Part shown: one piece after another, positions 24,331 to 37,689 of the stretch
How positions within the stretch are numbered: position 1 is the first letter of the stretch
Layout of the letters: every line of letters starts with the position of its first letter
DNA from: Dicyema japonicum
Lineage: Eukaryota > Animalia > Dicyemida
DNA: 64,000 nt
Assembly: GCA_011109175.1 (NCBI GenBank)
Contig: RDEW01000060.1
Location: 59,206-123,205, forward strand
Reading direction: 5' to 3'
Program-made: the position numbers and the translations under genes
Notes under the pieces: model-generated
Databases searched by the model: none
What the model was told of the DNA's origin: nothing
The model's input: the letters and a program-made list of their open reading frames with translations, nothing else

Positions 24331-24841
24331 TATGTGTATACAGTTTCCACTTCTACAGAAAGAGTCCAGCTGGAATCAGCATAAAAAGTAAAAGACGTCC
24401 ATATTTGCAGTTGTGAAAACTCCTCCAGTGGAGTGGGGAACAGCAAATTATCTTTTTTCGTGCCAGCCAGAAACTAGGCGCCACCTAGACAGGTGGATCA
24501 CATGACGCACTATAATAGAAGCAAGAGGAGGAACAGAAAAACAAACAGAAAACTTCAAACAGTTAGCCACGCAGCACCAGAAAGTGCCACGCAGCGAAAT
24601 GATAACTCATCTTCTTGAATATAAGAAATATTAGGGAAGAACCATAAGACGCACAAAAATAGAATTTTTAGAAACCAACCTTACTCAAAAAGTATAAAAT
24701 AAATATAAAAATAATCATAAAAAATAGAAACCAACCTTACTCAAAAAGTATAAAATAAATAACAAAAAATATAAAAAAGAATAAACATAAAAAAATAAAT
24801 AAATAAGTAAAATAATGTAATAGTAGTACAGTTACGAAGAG

Positions 24842-25436
24842 ATATTTAATGGTGTAAAATCAAAAATATTTATTACGGCGGATAAACTAAATGAAGGAAA
24901 ATATATTATTTATAATTTTTATGTTTGTGTTGGACATGAAGGAGATAAATGTGTTTTACTTGAAAAGCAATTTAAACAAATTAAAATGGGAGGATATTAT
25001 CAATGTGCATTCATCTCACAAAACTATAAAAATGTGACTATCGAAATTTCATCTCTTAAATTACAATTTTTCCGCAATGATCTGAGTTTTGAATTTATTG
25101 GAGATGGTAAATAAATCCGGCTGAATTTTAGATGAAGGATGCTTTGAAGAACCAACATCGAATGAAATTAAAGACAAAAAAACCATATTTAAACATCGTA
25201 ATAAAACCGACTAAATTTTAGATGAAATAAGTTTTGAAGAATTAATATCTTCTGAAAGTATATTTGTAAAAAAACTGACGAAACATCAAATAATTGGAAT
25301 CGTATGTGGAGTTGTCGGACTACTGTTGTCATTGATTCTATTTATAATACTTACTGCAATCATTGCCAATATTTATATCAAAATGAAATCCCGTAAAGAA
25401 TCACTCTTCACTGAGCCATTCCTTAAGTTAAGCTAA
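24842..25436 (+). pseudogene. LAMP-like 3' fragment (type-B TM/tail)
   Basis: Exon 5 (part) to exon 7, ending IIGIVCGVVGLLLSLILFIILTAIIANIYIKMKSRKESLFTEPFLKLS*. Confidence 0.8.
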
Positions 25437-28399
25437 TTATGATTCTCTTTCGGTTAAATTGGGTTAATGGTTTAATTTATTTAAATAATCACTTATCAAT
25501 TCTTATGATGGCAGCTGAGATTAATCAATTATCGTGGTCCACGGCCAGATATTTTCTTTAACTTGATTCCTGTTCCCTTACTTGATTCGATTTCATAAAA
25601 TTTTTTTTACATTAATATACAAAATTAAAATTAGACTTTATAAATTTCATAGGACGTTATTCTCTTTTAATCTACTATTTTTAAGATAATATTTCAAATG
25701 AAACGAATGGTTATTTAGTAGCTTGATAGAGCTGCTAATAATATAGGCTTAGTAGACTTTTTCATGCTGCACACTTGGCGTAAATAAGATTTCCAGCTGC
25801 AAACCTTAAAATTTATTTTTAAGAAGTTGAAATTATTTAGAAGTAATGTGCTGAATTGGTTGAAGTGGTGACGATATCTCTATATGAATTTTTGTCACTT
25901 TAATAAACTCAGAAATACACGAATAGCTGAGCCCAACATATCAAAAATTGATCCAAAAAAGATGTAATTACAAATGTGGCCCTCAAAGCGAAATAAATTT
26001 GACACCCATACCCTATCATGTAATCATCTTATCCAAGGAGACGGTCAGTGGCTAACTCTTTACCTCACAAGAGAGGTTCCAAGAGTAGCGGATATGGATG
26101 TAATAGATTATTCAAAAGATTGCTCTCATTCACATCGTGAATACTGAGTTAATTTGTTATTTGATGACTAGATAAAGCCGATTTGAGTTTCTAATTGCTG
26201 ATTTACCNAAATTTGACACCCATACCCTATCATGTAATCATCTTATCCAAGGAGACGGTCATTGCCTGACGCTTTACCTCACAAGAGAGGTTCCAAGAGT
26301 AGCGGATATGGATGTAATAGATTATTCAAAAGATTGCTCTCATTCACATCGTGAATACTGAGTTAATTTGTTATTTGATGAATAGATAAAGCCGATTTGA
26401 GTCTCTTATTGCTGATTTACCAATTTAGAATGAATATATTCCTTGGATATGGATAATGGGATTGATTCCAAGAATATTTATGATTATAGATTTAATTCAC
26501 TCAGATTGATAAAAACCGAACAATCAATAGCGACAAGGAATAGATGAACGCTTCAATCAAACTGTTGCTATAAGTCTATATAAAATGAGGCTTTTGGAAG
26601 ATGCGAATAATGGATAAAATGGTATGGAACCATATTTGCTGAAAGTAATCAGAGCGTCTGCAATTGCTATGCGACATCACTTCATATTACAAACAATTGA
26701 CCTCTGCTCCTTTTTTTGTCTGTCATTCAAAAAGCGGCAAAAAAGTTCAAAGTTGTTATTCAAATTCGTCCGCTTACCTACCTAGTGAACATCGAACTTA
26801 TAATTACCTTTTATTGTGGATATAAAAATGAATATCCGGTTTCGTTGGTCTCAATTTTTCTACAAAATATTTTAATGCATTCTGATGAGACGGATGTTGA
26901 TGAACTAACCCTTCCTGGCTTAACCGTTTAAGTAACACAAAACTCACAGGTCAGACCATACGTTGTTAGATCTCTAACCGTTCACAAGATCCAGTAACCA
27001 GAATTGTCATGTAATTGATGGTAATGTCTGCTTTATCTACTTGTTTGTGGTAATATGACCCCAATAGTACAGTTAGACTTACTGTGTTAGAATCAATGTC
27101 TATTAGCTAAACCAAAGTCTTGGTAGTTGTGGATGAAACTCCAGATCGCAGTAATGTAGTAAAAAAAGTCATCATTTAACTTGATTGGGTTCTGAAATTG
27201 AATGACTTGATTTATTAAAGCATGGAGTGACTGATGGATGTGGTTTCTTTTTCTTACATAATAAAAATGTTAGGGAAGTCTGTGGAAGCAAATGTTAGTA
27301 GACGGACTAAAGCTCTTCGTATCATTTAATGTTCTCTATCTCAGCTTTCGCGATGAGGCAAAAACATGATGTTTCTTCACACGCGAACAGAGCCGTTGAT
27401 TATATTTTGAAGATCCATAATTATGTATTCGTCAGCTAAAAACATGCTTCTTTACCACTTTCAGTGATTTTGGTAAATTTTATCCAAGAAAACTGATAAA
27501 ATTAAGGCGACTATTCAAGCCGATAAAAATATGCTTTCTAATGTAAAACAGGAAATATCTGACAAAATCGTTATATTCAGAGGGAAGCATCAAGTCAACA
27601 AGTTACAGTAACAGCTATAGGACTATAGTTAATATATTTATGTATATTGGTAACAATGCATTAATCATTCCTTGTGTATAGGGTTGTTAGCGATTTAATG
27701 GTTATTTTCTTAGTAATCAGCAGAGTTTTTCATTTAATTGACCGGGAGTTAATAGGTAATAATTTTTGTTACTTATAAGTGGAGTTTACAAGAATTCATC
27801 GCTAAAAAAATAAAAAAATTATAGACCGATTTAATTTTTTCAAACCATAAGCGTACACTCCCAGAGATCTGTCATGTGGACCTGATGTGATGCAGAACTT
27901 GAAAACAGCACGAGTTTCCTGGTCTCGTCTATTATTATTAATGCAACACACGTTAACCATAACACCCATAGTATTACCAATTCGCCTAAAAAATGATCAA
28001 ATTAACTATGGGTTACTCCTTTCACCGTCGTGTGGAACCACTCTCAAACCCCCTTGGTGTTCTCGCGTCTTAATTTTCTTTTGATGTACTTGAAGACTGA
28101 TAGTTATCCCGTCCTCACTAACACGTAGGATGCCGCATGAAATCAAGCGAGAGTGTTTGGCCCCCTCGTGAAATTTCGCAGTCCTTCGGATAGGAATGGT
28201 TCAAAAATCATAGACTCAAAAATAAGGCCGATAATCCTGTTGGCGGCTTCCTGGAGTTCGGTCAACTTCTTCATCAACCTCCCACGCCTTATGGGAACAT
28301 TAAATCCAGCGTTATTCAAACATATTTTTAGTTTAATATTAAAAAATTAAAATAATTATTAATAAATTTTTAAAAAAATTTATTGATTTAAATACTTTA

Positions 28400-28602
28400 A
28401 TGACAAGTATGTTGTAGTAAATTAGGTTTGAGGGGGCAACCAAAGAGATCTTGCACGAGAAAAAAACCAAAAAAAGAAGCAAACTGCGACTCGTCCTGCA
28501 AATCAACAAGAAAATAATAAAGGACTTTCTTACCAAGAACGACTCATTAGAAACTCCAAAATAATGCAAGAAAAGCAAGCTAAAAAATTGAATGACAAAT
28601 GA
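28400..28602 (+). CDS. SERF: SERF copy 2, 58 aa; exons 28400-28406 and 28433-28602
   Basis: Same structure as 937-1139; open frame with T21A and D43N substitutions. Confidence 0.92.
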
Positions 28603-29429
28603 TTGCTGTAAAATTTTTTGACTCAATAATTGACTTTGTTAATTGCGGAGATATTTCTTTCTGTAATGTGAATTAGCTTATTTTGCTTCACATCAGATCC
28701 TCAGATTGAATCATGTGAAGTAAATTTTTAATGATTGACCAGTGAGATTTGTGGCAACGTTTAACTACGTGATTGAATATTTCCCTTTTGCTTTCAGGTA
28801 ACGAGTTTTTGCTTGACCTACATAGATGAGGCCATACTGGAACGAGTCAGGATCTCAGGATTACTAAGTTTGATTTACCCAAAGACTCACATAAGAGTTG
28901 TAGAGTTGTATGAGGTTAAATTCTCCCAGATAACGTCTTATGGATCAGTGTTTAATTGTCGGCTCCCCCATGATAGTAATTAGTAATGTTTATTAAAAGA
29001 CATTTTACGTTGGTGGAGATTTGCCAGATGCTCTATATTTGAGATTATTTTATTGTGAGCATGTCTGATGTGTCCTCTTTTACAGATACTCAAATTAATA
29101 CGTTTCTTCCATATCAATGTTCTCTCTGTTCAATGCAATATTCATGCAAAAGACGATTGCAATTGCTATTTCGTTTAATGAAGTTTTGTATTCTTTTATC
29201 ATAGTTTTGTTTTTTATTCAACATATGTTCCTTATGATTGAGGATGCTTCCATTGCGCGTGCTCTAATGAACGAGATAGAATAATGGCTAAAAATCAACA
29301 CCAGATTGCACACAGGGACTCAATTCGATAGTTGAATTTTAAATAAAACAAAAAGATAAATAGTTCTCTATTTTATTTTTTAACAGGTTACATCAAAAAA
29401 TTGGATGATAGATTATTTAATTATTTAAA

Positions 29430-30748
29430 TAATTACAAGAATAAATAATTCATAATTTAAAAAAATCAAAGTGAAGATAAAAGTGAAGAATCCTGCCTCC
29501 TTTTCATAACCTAGGGCATATCCATGTTAATTCGAAAGTACGTAGGTTGCGATTAGACTGCAGTAGTAACCGTGATTGAGGAGAATATGATTGTGCAAAA
29601 ATAAAAAACCAGTCTGGGATGACAGCTAGTAAAACTCGAATTGTTGATAAACTGTTTGCGTATATGAAAATGGGAATGAAAGCAATCCTCTGTATTGCAG
29701 GAATAAATGCTAATATATGAGGGAATGAGAGACATAACAAAGGTTGAAATATTGAAGATAACGAATGAGCATATAGTAAGGTGTATTCGGGTTTTGTGAA
29801 GCAAAAGTCTTCATAACTATACGGAAAAAGTGACAACTTAAACAAGTATGAGGAAAATATTGTGGGATAACTCTATTGTTATATTAAATACCATTTATAA
29901 GAAATAATCAGTCTCTTGAGATCTTCGATGACTTTTACTTTTAATGAAATTTTAACCTCATCAGAGAATTTAGTATTTGGGTAGAAAGGCTAAATTACTT
30001 GATGACCACCACATACTTTATATTTTTACACACAGTCCCAGGAGACCTAATAGGCCAGCGACTGAATATTATATGGCAGCCAGTCTCCACGTGCCAATTA
30101 ACTATTTATTAATAATTAAAACTCACTATCTCAACAGAAAAAACAAAGTGGGTTTTACTCGACATAAATTCCACCAATAAAGTACTTTTAACTACCATTC
30201 CTGTAAGCAATGAAGGGAAGTGGTTATCTTTCCCCTGAAATGCTTCAGCCAGGGAGAGAGATACTTCCATCATCCAGAAGCCACTAAAATACTTTTATGT
30301 ACCGTAGACTTCCATAGCAGACATCATTAAGTAGTAAAGATAAATTAACTGTATTTTCCTTAAAATATGGCAAAATAAAAACTACATTTAGTGGTATTAG
30401 TATTCAAAGATGGTTAATATGACAAATCCAATGAATAAGGCAATTACAGTCACGGAGATATGATGTAGTTCTGTACCCCTGTTTTAGATTAATCTGATAC
30501 TTTTTGGAACGAAGAAAAAACTGCCGACAGCTATAACGAACATCATAACTTTGGAGATGATCAGAATGTAATTAAAGAATGAACTTCGCATTTAGAGTTA
30601 GTGTCTGAGTTGAGTATGTATTCAATATAGTACTAATAATGTAATATTTGTAATACCTCTGAGGCTATGTTGATGGAGATGTTCCACAGTAAGAAATTTC
30701 CAAGAACTATAAAAAGATTCCTCCACTTTCTTTGTTGACAATTTCCAT
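29430..30748 (-). pseudogene. Equilibrative nucleoside transporter (SLC29/ENT)-like pseudogene with micro-introns
   Basis: LGNFLLWNISINIASE|YY (TM1-like), LSLFP (TM7-like), RIAFIPIF..DWFFIF, NHGYYCSL, EKEAGF; introns 30633-30656 and 30479-30500; frameshifts. Confidence 0.72.
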
Positions 30749-30765
30749 GAACCACTTCTTATCTA

Positions 30766-30962
30766 TTATTATTATTATAAGCACTTATCGCAATGTCAAA
30801 GGACTTGACAAAGCATGTGCAACACGAGTTAGAAAATCACTGATTAGTTTCATCCACTTCCTCCTATTCAAAGCCCCGGTGCGCAACCAATCAAGATCCT
30901 CTCCTCTTCCAAGATGCCGTCCTATTTCTAGAGTTCCTCGTCGAGAACGATTGCCAGTGTCA
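30766..30962 (-). mobile_element. Short 3' fragment of RTE family 2 with (TAA)n tail and 9-bp TSD TCTTATCTA
   Basis: Matches ~39495-39695; TSD at 30757-30765 and 30963-30971. Confidence 0.8.
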
Positions 30963-32083
30963 TCTTATCTACTTAAGTTAAATTAAATTATATTTTTAAA
31001 TGTTTTTTATTTAATTAAATAATTTTTAATAATTTATGAACATTTCAAAAATTATCAACTTACTTATATTTCCACGGTATACTGCAATAAGGTTAATTGG
31101 ACCAGATCACAACATCCAACCTATTGAAAATTTTTTAATTGAAATACAACGAAAACTATTAGAGGAGGCTGTTCTACCGAGCTGCTCTCTATTCCAAATA
31201 TTATCGAATTATCTACAATCATACAGAAATTGTGAGCCGATGGCATGTCCTATGAGAAGAGTTGTTTAGGATTCTCGACCCCGCCGGAATCGTACTCACC
31301 TTTGTCTGTCTGGGATCACTTAGTTAGATGAGAACTTTTATTTCTTTCTCTTTGACCCAGTGATCCTGGGCGTAATAATAATAATAATAGACAAATAGGA
31401 TTAAAATTATCCTAAAATGTGATATAATTATATTAATTATTTTTTTTAATTTTGTTAGTATTTTTTATTTTTTTAAATTACATGTTATAAATTGTTTTTG
31501 TTTACTAGCAGGTTTCACATAAAAGCAGGTTTTTACTTGCTCAATTATTAAAACTATTAGAACTCGGAGGCAAAATAAGGAATAAATTTAAAAGCAATTT
31601 CCAAAAACTCATACATAGTTACAAGAACACCTAAAGGAGATTTATTCCGCCAAGTGTTCTAAGATAGTAAAATCATCTACCAATACTACACCGATCTACA
31701 TTTTAATGGAAAAGAAATCAGACTGAATGCTACAAGTATAGAAACCACTCAACTTTTTCTTACTTAAGATAACGAAGAAAACTTGATATTTTTTTGATTT
31801 TATCATTTTTAAATGCAATATTTCACTTCATAAATTAGAGAATTTTTAAATTACCATGTCCCTTTAATTTATATTATTGAACTATAAAAAAAATTTATTT
31901 AATTATAGATGAATGTAACATTAACGGGATAGTAATTTTAAATATAATTGTCGGGACAATTTGAATGCTGAAAAGTTTCAATGAAAACAATATTGAAAAA
32001 ATATTTCATGCTAAATTTTAATTTTCTAACAATGGATAGTTTTGTTAATTTCCATGTTAATTGTCGTAAAATGTTAAATTTCA

Positions 32084-32888
32084 TTACAAAAATCCCAATA
32101 ACAAGTCCGTCGAAGTGAAGATAAAAGTCAAGAATCCTGCCTCCTTTTCATAACCTGGGCATATCCATGTTAATTCGAAAGTACGTAGGTTGCGAGTAGA
32201 CTGCAGTAGTAACCGTGATTGAGGAGAATATGATTGTGCAAAAATAAAAAACCAGTCTGGGATGACAGCTGATAAAACACGAATTGTTGATAAACTGTTT
32301 GCGTATATGAAAATGGGAATGAAAGCAATCCTCAGTACTGCAGGAATAAATGCTAATATATGAGGGAATGAGAGACATAACAAAGGTTGAAATATTGATG
32401 ATAACGAATGAGCATATAGTAAGGTGTATTCGGGATTTTGTGAAGCAAAAGTCCTCATAACTATACGGAAAAAGTGACAACCTAAACAAGTATGTGGAAA
32501 ATATTGTGGGATGACACTATTGTTATATTAAATACCATTTATAAGAAATGATCAGTCTCTTGAGATCTTCGATGACTTTTACTTTTAATGAAATTTTAAC
32601 CTCATCAGAGAATTTAGTATTTGGGTAGAAAGGCTAAATTACTTGATGACCACCACAGACTTTATCTTTTTACACACAGTCCCAGGAGACCTAATAGGCC
32701 AGCGACTGAATAGTATATAGCAGCCAGTCTCCACGTGCCAATTAACTATTTATTAATAATTAAAACTCACTATCTCAACAGAAAAAACAAAGTGGGTTTT
32801 ACTCGACATAAATTCCACCAATAAAGTACTTGTAACTATCATTCCTATAAGAAATAAAGGGAAGAGTCTATCTTTTCCCTGAAATGCT
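32084..32888 (-). pseudogene. ENT-like pseudogene copy 2, 5' end replaced by RTE sequence
   Basis: Direct duplicate of ~29470-30245. Confidence 0.75.
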
Positions 32889-32889
32889 T

Positions 32890-35285
32890 GAAGAATAACC
32901 CTGATCATGCTTTTTCTGGGAGAAGATGGACGTGGAATAAGAAACCTATCCGCGACAATATTTGGTCACTTTTGTAGCCAAACAACCTTTTCTTATGCAA
33001 TACTGAATTTACGCATCCATCCACAAAACTACGTGGATGAGGAAGAGAAGGAACTCAGAGGCAACGCTGGTCCCAATACACATCCAAATAGATTATGTCA
33101 TTTGCCGGGCTAAAGACAAACACTTTCTAGTATACGCTCATTCATATGAAAGCTCGACGACTGTCTGCGACCACAAGATGGTTATTGCAACCTTTACCCT
33201 GAATAAACATGCCATCAAATACATGAATTTCAAAAATCACGAATTTGAGAAAATCAGAGGCGACTACGCGACTGAAAGGCAGATTTCCCAACCGGAGAAT
33301 ACTGAGAGATATCAACAATACATTCAGACTCATTTGCAGGACATATAGGTGATACCACGTTATAAGACGCCTGGAAACGCACAAAGGACACCATCAACGA
33401 AACTGCTGAAGCTTGTCTGGCATATGAGAAAATAGTAAAATGCACCTGAAGGATATTCATCCAGGTATTCCTGAGCTTACGAAAAGTCTAAAAGAAATAA
33501 ATATGAAAAAATCAAATGCCACTGACACTAATAAGATAAAAGCCCTTCAAGGCGAATGCAACGTGCCAGAAGAAAAATAAAGGGTCTGAACAAGAAGCTT
33601 TCTTAGAAGAAATAGCTTACTGTATAGAAGTGAACAAAGTGAAAGACAACGCACAGGTGAACGTCGCTGCCCGTTTGCTGCGGCGAACAAACCGAAGTAG
33701 ACTACCCATAAAAGACGAGAACGGAAGCTGATACTGAACACCAAAGAACAAACTGAAGCCATAGAAATCCACTCATTTGATGGAAGACCAAGACCTCTGG
33801 AAATACCTATCACGGCCGAGGAAATTAGAACGGCATCCGAAAACTCAAGAATAACATAACCCCCGGATCAGATGCAATAAACCCAGAATTACTGAAATAC
33901 GGCCGTGACCTCCTTTTTAAAAAATTGCTACACTACAAAATGAAATGTTTTCAACTAACTTAACTCCACCTCAGGGTAAGGGACAACTAATCCCAATACA
34001 AAATACCAACAAAAACAGAGGACAGCTCGAAAATTTGCGACCCATCATACTACTAAATTCATCACGCAAAGTCTTGGCAAACATTGTGCCTTAACGAATA
34101 AAAGGATCTGCTTACAAATACCTACCAGATAGTCAAATTGGTTTTCGAGAAGGGAGATCTACAGCTGATGCGGTCTGGAGTCACAGATGTAGGTGTGCAA
34201 CATATCAAAGATTCCGTAACGCCACCAATATCTTGGGAATTGACCGATCAACTGCTTTTGATTCGGTTAACAGGAACAAATTAATGGGGGTACTAAGCGG
34301 ATTTCTTGATGAGTCGAGTATAAGGATGACTCGAATTCTACTTTTTAACACTGAACTTTTCGTGAGAGTCGGAAAGACCTATTGAAGAAAAAAAGAAACA
34401 AACACGGCGCACTTTACAAGAAGACTCTTTTTTCCTCTACTATTCACAATTTATTTGGAAGCCGCTATGAGGAAACTTAGAACGCTATACAAAGGAAAGA
34501 CGGAAGAAATAATCTACGCAGACGATGTAGACCTAATTTCTAAAGACAGATGAACTGGATAACCTATTAGAAAAAGCACTAGATGTACTAGGGAAATGGT
34601 TTTTGTGAACAGAGAGAAAACAGAAATCACAGAGATAAGAAAGATGAACAACGTCCTAGAAAAGAAGTGGCGACAAGTATAGAAACTCGGTTCACTTTTG
34701 AGAGAAAGCGGAAATATTTTACGTAGGAAAACTCTAGCCAATGATATGTTATATAAACTGAAGAATCTATGGCTCAATCAAAAAAGCATTGACACGAAAA
34801 TGAGAATCCTATTATACGACTCATTCATAAAACCCGTACTTTCATATAAAGCTGGAACTTTGCGACCTCATCAGCGGATATGTAAAAACTCGACTCGTTC
34901 CACGAGGTCAGCTGAGAAAAATAACAGTATATAAGAGATGCACCACTAGACCTATCAGCTTAGAAGTACTGGAATCCCGATGAAGCTCTTCGGACACGTG
35001 CTGAGGATTGAATTAACATCCCCACCTAACATATCGTTGGAAACATACCATGTTAGTCAACAAGGCCGCTATCGTGGAAGACCAATAACAATACTGCAAA
35101 TAGTCTTACAAAAAGACATGGTTAATATCAAAAAATGTAATAAATGCCGACGATCTGGACATCATGCGAGCCTTGGCTAGGAACAGGTGAGCATGGAGAA
35201 GGATGACATATAACCTTGTTTCTTTTGTGAACATGCGGGGCTATAATTAGTATGGCTCTCGTGAAGTGCTTAAATACATAATAAG
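32890..35285 (+). mobile_element. RTE family 1, copy 2 (5'-truncated, decayed)
   Basis: Colinear with 10615-13222; IYADD at ~34512. Confidence 0.9.
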
Positions 35286-35593
35286 TGTGTCGTATAGTTT
35301 GACAAGAAAGTTTCAGTGATAAATTACTTTTTCTTATCCAGATATTGTACATTTTTGAAGTATATAGTGGCCAAGATTTTCCTTGGACTATTATCCTCTG
35401 CGTCATCTACTGAGCCGAGTTTTTTGGTATGTCTACAGAGTTCGTCAATCTTGATTTGGGTCGTTCAAATCGTGTGTAGTCAGTTTTTGTAAAGTTTGAC
35501 TATATATTATTATAAATATTAAATAAAAATAATAAAAAAATCATGTTAAAAATTTAAATAAAATAAAAATTGACCTAATAAAATTTAGATTAC

Positions 35594-36887
35594 ATGAACA
35601 GAACTATTAATTTTATCATATTTATTCTGTTAAGCAAAATCGTCAAAATAAAATGCAATCGGAATTATTTTTTAATTGATACATATGTAATATATAAGAA
35701 TCCTTCTAAAGTATATATTTCATTAACTTAAGGAATATCCGTTATTTTGGTTAAATTGGAATATACATGTAGATAACTGGGAAACTTATAGAACGTATTT
35801 TTTTCAATATAATATAAATTTTGCAGTTATTCCACACTTCAACAGTGAGTTTTATACTATTGACATTATAACAGAAATTGATTATGGTACGCTTTTTGTT
35901 ATACTAAGGTGGTAAACGTTATACAAATATTACAAAGATTCCTAAAACTAGATTTGGAGACTACTATCGATGTGGTTATACTCATCTTAGTTTTTCGGAT
36001 AATATATCTGTTACATTTTATTCAATCAAGTTGCAATATAACGACAAAGGTATTTTGTATTATTTTAATGGAAAAGGTTTTTATTTAAATTTATTTAGCT
36101 AACGACTGTAACCCAAATAATGACCCAAATACGCCTATTTGGTTTATATTTAACAAAAATAGAATCGGAGGAGTAATAAGTGGAATTATCAAAATATCAT
36201 ATATTGACAATAACATAACTGTACACGTTTTCATTGATTCTTAGATAACAGATGAGCATTTCAGTTATCATCACGGTCGTAGTTTAACAAGTATTGTTAA
36301 TGGAATCTATAAATATCTTTTGATTGGTGCAAATACTAAAATATTTATTACGGTGGAAAAACTAGATAAAAAATATATTATTTATAACTTTTATGTTTGT
36401 GTTGGGCATAAAAAATCTAAATGCGTTTTACTTAAAAAGCAATTTAAACAAATTAAAATGGGAGGATATTATCAATGTGGACTCATCTCACAAAACTATA
36501 AAAATGTGTCTATCGAAATTTCATCTCTTAAATTACAATTCTTCCGCAATGATCTGAGTTTTGAATTTATTGGAAATGGTAAATAAATTCAGCTGAATTT
36601 TAGATGAAGGATGCTTTGAAGAACAAATATCGAATGAAATTAAAGACAAAAAAAACATTTTTAAACATCGTAATAAAACCGACTAAATTTTAGATAAAAT
36701 AAGTTTTGAAAATCTAATATCGTCTGAAAGTAAACCCGTAAAAAAATTGACGAAACATCAAATAATTGGAATCGTGTGTGGAGTTGTTGCAATAATATTT
36801 TCGTGTGTCATTGTCCATATTTATTTCAAACCGAAATCACATGTTGATATACAGGAAAGCATTCCATTAAACTTTGTAACTAACTGA
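35594..36887 (+). CDS. Intact 384-aa type-I membrane glycoprotein with two LAMP-like repeats; exons 35594-35710, 35733-35886, 35909-36076, 36099-36220, 36245-36578, 36604-36669, 36694-36887
   Basis: Six GT-AG introns (22,22,22,24,25,24 nt) give a 1155-nt open frame: signal-like MNRTINFIIFILLSKIVKIKC, repeats GDYYRC..SIKLQ..NDC and GGYYQC..SLKLQF..EGC, four N-X-S/T sites, TM IIGIVCGVVAIIFSCVIVHIYF. Confidence 0.8.
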
Positions 36888-37689
36888 TATTAATTTGTCA
36901 AACGGTCTTCAATTTATTTAAATTTATATAATTATTAATTATTTGAATTACAGTCAATATTCTATAATCTAACAAAATTTTTAAGTTTGTCAATTTTAAC
37001 GAAAGTATACTAAAAATCCCTGATGTTTTCGAAATTATCACTAAGATGCTCCTAAAAAGCCCCCCTCAAGTGGATACGGACTAGCCTTGGATACTATGCC
37101 GCTGTTCATTAAATTAGAATATTCCAAAACAGAAATCAACAAATGTAAACTTAAAAGAAAGTATTCACAAGTTGTGTCATCGATCGGGAATTCACTGCCA
37201 GGACATCATGTGCTTTTATAAGAGAACAACAATCAAAGACAACGTTCAAATGACAGAAAATGTTGGACTTACGAACGTCCTCCTTTTTCTGAAGAGTGTA
37301 CTGAATCTAAATTGAACTACCATTTTCCTGAGAATACTAAAGTTCTAGTAAATAAATTCACTTTTCCGTTATCGTACCAAACATCTTGTCAACGTCAAGT
37401 TTGACGATCAAGAATAGATCCAGGTCATCCTAACTGTCCCTTCAGACGATTTGGAATTCATTCCTCGAAGATATAGCCTCGTAAGGCATCTCTTTGTCCA
37501 GTTTAAACGTTTCTTGAAGTGGCCGAATGTTGGCAGTTAAAGCATTTCCCTAGTAGCTTTCTGGCTCATTCTCATATAATTTCAGAGTGAAAATTAAGAA
37601 CCCTAAACTTATCACTGATAAGTGGGCCCCAACGCTCCTCTTTCAGCAGAATTTGAAGAGTCGTGGGGTTTATCTCTATTGAACTATGT

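Noticed and set aside
25915-27180. Possible cadherin-like remnants (e.g. YSLDMDNGIDS)
   Set aside because: Only isolated motif-like words with many stops; not supportable
36142-36162. GT...AG 21-mer as a seventh intron of the LAMP-like gene
   Set aside because: Splicing creates TGA, whereas read-through is in frame (WFIFNKNR)
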